A stretch of DNA of 10,148 bases from Octopus sinensis. Its lineage: Eukaryota. Shown one piece after another: positions 9,630 to 10,148 of the stretch; position 1 is the first letter of the stretch; each line of letters opens with the position of its first letter. Under the pieces are notes generated by a model. That model was not told the origin of the DNA, did not search any database, and saw nothing but the letters and a program-made list of their open reading frames with translations. A program made the position numbers and the translations under genes. The stretch spans positions 1-10,148 of the forward strand of contig NW_021827741.1 in assembly GCF_006345805.1 (NCBI RefSeq). The letters are read 5' to 3'.

Positions 9630-9728
9630 GAAGATATGAATATTTTAGACGGGGAAAATTTACAGTTTACAAAGAATAAAATTCACTTTATAAGGAATAA
9701 AATAAAAAGAATAAAATACAATTTGAAG

Positions 9729-9802
9729 TCTTACAGCCGTTTCTGGGATAACCCAAGTTCTAGGTTAGCATGTCTGTGCACTGGTTATTCCCTCATCAGA
9801 GA
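9729..9802 (-). ncRNA. Type I hammerhead ribozyme-like motif, unit 5
   Basis: CUGAUGA 9799-9793; stem II 9791-9783 pairs with 9753-9745 (8/9); GAAA 9743-9740; ACGGCUGU 9740-9733; GUA 9734-9732; stem I UCU 9802-9800 with AGA 9731-9729. Confidence 0.65.
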
Positions 9803-9901
9803 GAAGATATGAATATTTTAGACGGGGAAAATTTACAGTTTACAAAGAATAAAATTCACTTTATAAAGAATAAAATAAAAAGAATAAAATACAATTTGAA
9901 G

Positions 9902-9975
9902 TCTTACAGCCGTCTCTGGGATAACCCAAGTTCTAGGTTAGCATGTCTGTGCACTGGTTATTCCGTCATCAGAGA
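9902..9975 (-). ncRNA. Hammerhead-like motif, unit 6 (GAAA to GAGA, likely inactive)
   Basis: Plus strand GCCGTCTCTGG changes the A14-equivalent base to G. Confidence 0.45.
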
Positions 9976-10073
9976 GAAGATATGAATATTTTAGACGGGG
10001 AAAACTTACAGTTACAAAGAATAAAATTCTCTTTATAAGGAATTAAATAAAAAGAATAAAATAAAATTTGAAG

Positions 10074-10147
10074 TCTTACAGCCGTCTCTGGGATAACCCA
10101 AGTTCTAGGTTAGCATGTCTGTGCACTGGTTATTCCGTCATCAGAGA
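10074..10147 (-). ncRNA. Hammerhead-like motif, unit 7 (GAAA to GAGA, likely inactive)
   Basis: Same substitution as unit 6; motif ends at the window edge. Confidence 0.45.
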
Positions 10148-10148
10148 C

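Larger units (their letters stand above)
9048..10148 (-). repeat. Tandem array of ~172-bp units (six complete plus one partial, runs off the window); candidate non-LTR retrozyme or Penelope pLTR-like array
   Basis: GAAGTCTTACAGCCG anchors at 9053, 9224, 9380, 9552, 9725, 9898 and 10070, giving periods of 171, 156, 172, 173, 173 and 172. Units are nearly identical. Confidence 0.97.

Noticed and set aside
9650-9802. Type III hammerhead fold using CCGUC as the cleavage strand
   Set aside because: GAAACGG/CCGUC can pair, but the intervening UAAAAUAUUCAUAUCUUCUCU forms no stem I; the type I fold with GUA fits better.
9597-9985. Two 71-aa plus-strand ORFs (MSVHWLF...)
   Set aside because: They arise from the 173-bp repeat period and shift frame between units; there is no recognisable protein and the informative signal is the minus-strand RNA motif.
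9048-10148. CRISPR-like or tRNA/rRNA array interpretation
   Set aside because: Units are wholly repeated with no unique spacers, there is no cloverleaf or rRNA similarity, and the context is eukaryotic.

Overview
This is non-coding, AT-rich, microsatellite-saturated eukaryotic DNA with no credible protein-coding gene; every supplied ORF is a repeat artefact. The SINE heads and the (TA)/(TATG)/(GATA)-dense landscape resemble Octopus/cephalopod genomes, judged from memory rather than a database search. The window holds two tRNA-derived SINE families (three copies), a probable mariner-like terminus, and a 275-bp near-perfect palindrome built from a dispersed repeat with a diverged linear paralog 1.3 kb upstream. 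From ~9048 to the window end is a ~172-bp tandem array. On the minus strand each unit carries a type I hammerhead ribozyme-like motif (CUGAUGA, long stem II, GAAA, self-complementary stem III, GUA cleavage triplet), the architecture of metazoan non-LTR retrozymes and Penelope-associated dimeric hammerheads. That array is the main candidate system; its activity is untested and its 10.1/11.1 core pair is non-canonical.
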